From NCBI GenBank assembly GCA_036149055.1, contig JAYZQJ010000030.1, positions 1-21,854 of the forward strand: a stretch of 21,854 bases of DNA. Reading direction: 5' to 3'. A program made the position numbers and the translations under genes. Below, one piece after another: positions 18,131-21,854 of this stretch. The DNA is from Myxococcota bacterium (GTDB taxonomy: Bacteria; Myxococcota_A; Polyangia; Polyangiales; Sandaracinaceae). The notes beneath the pieces were generated by a model. That model saw only the letters and a program-made list of their open reading frames with translations, made no database searches and was not told where the DNA came from. Position 1 is the first letter of the stretch; each line of letters begins with the position of its first letter.

Positions 18131-18138
18131 GAACCAAC

Positions 18139-18552
18139 ATGGCAGCAACTCCGGCAACCGCGTCCTCCGACGAGCAAGACGAGAACCCGCTGAGCGCGGC
18201 GGACCTCGAGCACTTCAAGAAGGTGCTCGAAGAGAAGCGCATCGCGCTCGTGAAGAGCGCACAGGACAGCCTCGAGCAGGACATGACGCTCGACACCAAC
18301 GAGATGCCCGACGAGGTGGATCTCGCGTCGAGCGAGTACATCCAGTCCTTCGCCCTCCGCCTCCGCGGCCGTGAGCGCAACTTCCTCGACAAGATCGAGA
18401 CGGCGCTCCGGAAGATCGAGGACGGCGAGTTCGGCATCTGCGAGTCGTGCGAGGAGCCCATCGGGCGCAAGCGCCTCGACGCGCGCCCCGAGACCACGCT
18501 CTGCATCCGGTGCAAGGAAGACCAGGAGCGCAACGAGCGCGACTTCAAGTAG
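18139..18552 (+). CDS. dksA: RNA polymerase-binding transcription factor DksA (TraR/DksA C4 zinc finger)
   Basis: Coiled-coil tip DEVDLA (DxxDxA); KIETALRKIEDGEFGICESC-x17-CIRC zinc finger. Confidence 0.9.
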   Translation: MAATPATASSDEQDENPLSAADLEHFKKVLEEKRIALVKSAQDSLEQDMTLDTNEMPDEVDLASSEYIQSFALRLRGRERNFLDKIETALRKIEDGEFGICESCEEPIGRKRLDARPETTLCIRCKEDQERNERDFK

Positions 18553-18609
18553 CCTGGCGGGTGGCCATCCGCGCGGATGGCTCCACACCTTCTCCCAGGA
18601 GGAGAGAGC

Positions 18610-18942
18610 ATGGCCGTCGAAGAGCTGACCGACGACACCTTCCAAGCGAAGCTGAAGGCCGCCGACATGGCGGTCGTGGACTTCTATGCGGGCTGGTGTG
18701 GCCCCTGCATGATGTTCAAGCCCAAGTTCAAGCGCCTCGCCGACGAGTATCCGCACGTCGAGTTCTTCATCTGCGACGGCGAGCGCGCCCCCGAGTCCCG
18801 CAAGTCGGTGAACATCGAGAACCTCCCCTACTTCGGTCTCTACCGTAAGGGCGAGTTCGTCTCCGGCTTCACCACGACCAAGGAAGCGGGCTTCCGCGAG
18901 CTGCTCGAGGAGCAGTTCGGCAAGCCCGAGTCCCCCACGTGA
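18610..18942 (+). CDS. Thioredoxin
   Basis: VVDFYAGWCGPC active site; cis-Pro NLPYF; SD AGGAGGAG before ATG 18610. Confidence 0.92.
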   Translation: MAVEELTDDTFQAKLKAADMAVVDFYAGWCGPCMMFKPKFKRLADEYPHVEFFICDGERAPESRKSVNIENLPYFGLYRKGEFVSGFTTTKEAGFRELLEEQFGKPESPT

Positions 18943-19184
18943 AGCCCGCCGAAGCCCGCCGCCTCGCCGAGCAACACGACGCCGACGCGCTCCAGGCGGC
19001 GGCCGAGGCGCTCGGCGACGAGCGCGAGCCGGCCATCGCCATCACGGGCGGCGACGAGGGAGAGAAGCTCACCCACGTCCTCCTCGCCCTCCGCATCCGC
19101 GCGCGCCTCGACGCCGGCGAAGACCTCAAGACCGCCTACCGCGCCGTCATGGGCGAGGTCCGGTCCGTCCTGTCCAACGGCTAG
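18939..19184 (+). CDS. Small hypothetical protein (81 aa), translationally coupled to thioredoxin
   Basis: GTGA overlap with the thioredoxin stop; host-like GC3 codon usage; helical acidic sequence with GGDEGEKLTHVLLA. Confidence 0.7.
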   Translation: MKPAEARRLAEQHDADALQAAAEALGDEREPAIAITGGDEGEKLTHVLLALRIRARLDAGEDLKTAYRAVMGEVRSVLSNG

Positions 19185-19207
19185 AGTGTGCGGGACGCCT
19201 CCTCATC

Positions 19208-19732
19208 AGGGGAGTGGGGAGGCAGGAGGCGAAGAGGAAAGCGGGCTGTCGACGCAACCGAGCCGTCCTCGGGTCGACAGCTCGGTCGTGCCCAGCCAAG
19301 CGGCAGAGCTAGAGGACCTCACCTATGCGGTGATCGGGGCCTGCATCGAGGTCCATCAGTCGATCGGCCCCGGGCTGCTCGAGTCGGTTTACGAACGCTG
19401 TGTGGCGATCGAGCTGGCGCATCGGGGACTCTCGTTCGAGCGGCAGAAGTCGGTCGACCTCGAGTATCGAGGCGTGACCTTCGCGCGGGCGCTGCGCGCA
19501 GACTTCATCGTCGAAGGGCGCGTGGTGCTGGAGCTCAAGGCGGCTCGGTACCTCCACCCGACGCACGAAGCCCAGGTACGGACATACATGTACATGGGCG
19601 GCTACGAGGCGGCGCTGCTGGTGGGATTTCACGCGCCCGCGCTGCGCGATGGAGGCGTCCGTCGGTTCACGAACCTGCGCCTCCGCCCCCCGCCAGGTAA
19701 TTCCTCCTCGCCTCCTTCCTCCCCTCTCCCCT
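19208..19732. mobile_element. Inverted-repeat-bounded cassette carrying the GxxExxY gene
   Basis: 19208-19239 AGGGGAGTGGGGAGGCAGGAGGCGAAGAGGAA versus reverse complement of 19701-19732 AGGGGAGAGGGGAGGAAGGAGGCGAGGAGGAA (29/32). Mobility is inferred, not shown. Confidence 0.55.
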
Positions 19733-19734
19733 AG
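19288..19734 (+). CDS. GxxExxY family protein (PD-(D/E)XK nuclease fold)
   Basis: LTYAVIGACIEVHQSIGPGLLESVYERC (GxxExxY); RADFIVEGRVVLELKA (D...ExK); HEAQVRTY. GTG 19288 is preferred to 19186. Confidence 0.9.
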   Translation: MPSQAAELEDLTYAVIGACIEVHQSIGPGLLESVYERCVAIELAHRGLSFERQKSVDLEYRGVTFARALRADFIVEGRVVLELKAARYLHPTHEAQVRTYMYMGGYEAALLVGFHAPALRDGGVRRFTNLRLRPPPGNSSSPPSSPLP

Positions 19735-19759
19735 AACGGAAGGATCCGGACGTGCGGGA

Positions 19760-21580
<1,821 letters not shown>

Positions 21581-21647
21581 GCCCCGGAGATTCCCACGAC
21601 TCCCCCGCCCGCATCAATTCCCACGAGCGACGCGCACGCCCCCCAGA

Positions 21648-21854
21648 GGCGACGAGCGCAGCGAAGTCGCCGAGACGAACACGGAAGCGACGAGCGCAGC
21701 GAAGTCGCCGAACGAACACGGAAGCGCAGCGAAGTCGCCGAGACGAACACGGAAGGCGACGAGCGCAGCGAAGTCGCCGAAACGAACACGGAAGGCGACG
21801 AGCGCAGCGAAGTCGCCAAGCGCCCTCCCAGAGGCGACGAGCGCAGCGAAGTCG
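21648..21854. repeat. Tandem array (~39-bp period, at least 6 units) of a 24-bp palindromic REP-like unit; runs off the window end
   Basis: GGCGACGAGCGCAGCGAAGTCGCC at 21648, 21687 (-1 G), 21724 (5'-truncated), 21755, 21794 and 21833. Linkers are GARACGAACACGGAA-type (4x) or CGCCC(T)CCCAGA-type (2x). Confidence 0.9.

Noticed and set aside
19181..19735. CTAGA direct repeats (19181, 19731) as target-site duplication of the GxxExxY cassette
   Set aside because: The left copy is 22 bp outside the left IR, the right copy overlaps the IR, both coincide with stop codons, and a third CTAGA lies inside the gene.
21648..21854. CRISPR array
   Set aside because: The spacers are only 14-15 bp and repeat each other, and there are no cas genes or AT-rich leader in the window.

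Overview
Very GC-rich bacterial window. Gene content suggests a myxobacterium (Myxococcota, Polyangia-like); this is an inference. It holds 17 supportable CDS: a HExxH metalloprotease lipoprotein coupled to a deoxynucleoside kinase, an FHA-GGDEF diguanylate cyclase, a PP2C phosphatase, an MltD-like SLT/LysM enzyme, a SMI1/KNR4 protein, moeA, a five-gene MoxR/DUF58/vWA operon, dksA, a thioredoxin, a small hypothetical, a GxxExxY PD-(D/E)XK protein and a GAF-GAF histidine kinase. The most unusual content is non-coding and palindromic. (i) The GxxExxY gene is enclosed by a 32-bp purine-rich inverted repeat (29/32). (ii) A gene-less ~270-bp element at 4651-4919 has similar-style 34-bp inverted ends and may be a non-autonomous relative. 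(iii) A 165-bp fold-back MITE with 18-bp TIRs and a TA duplication sits in the cyclase stop codon. (iv) REP-like hairpin clusters occur at both window ends, including a ~39-bp-period tandem array.
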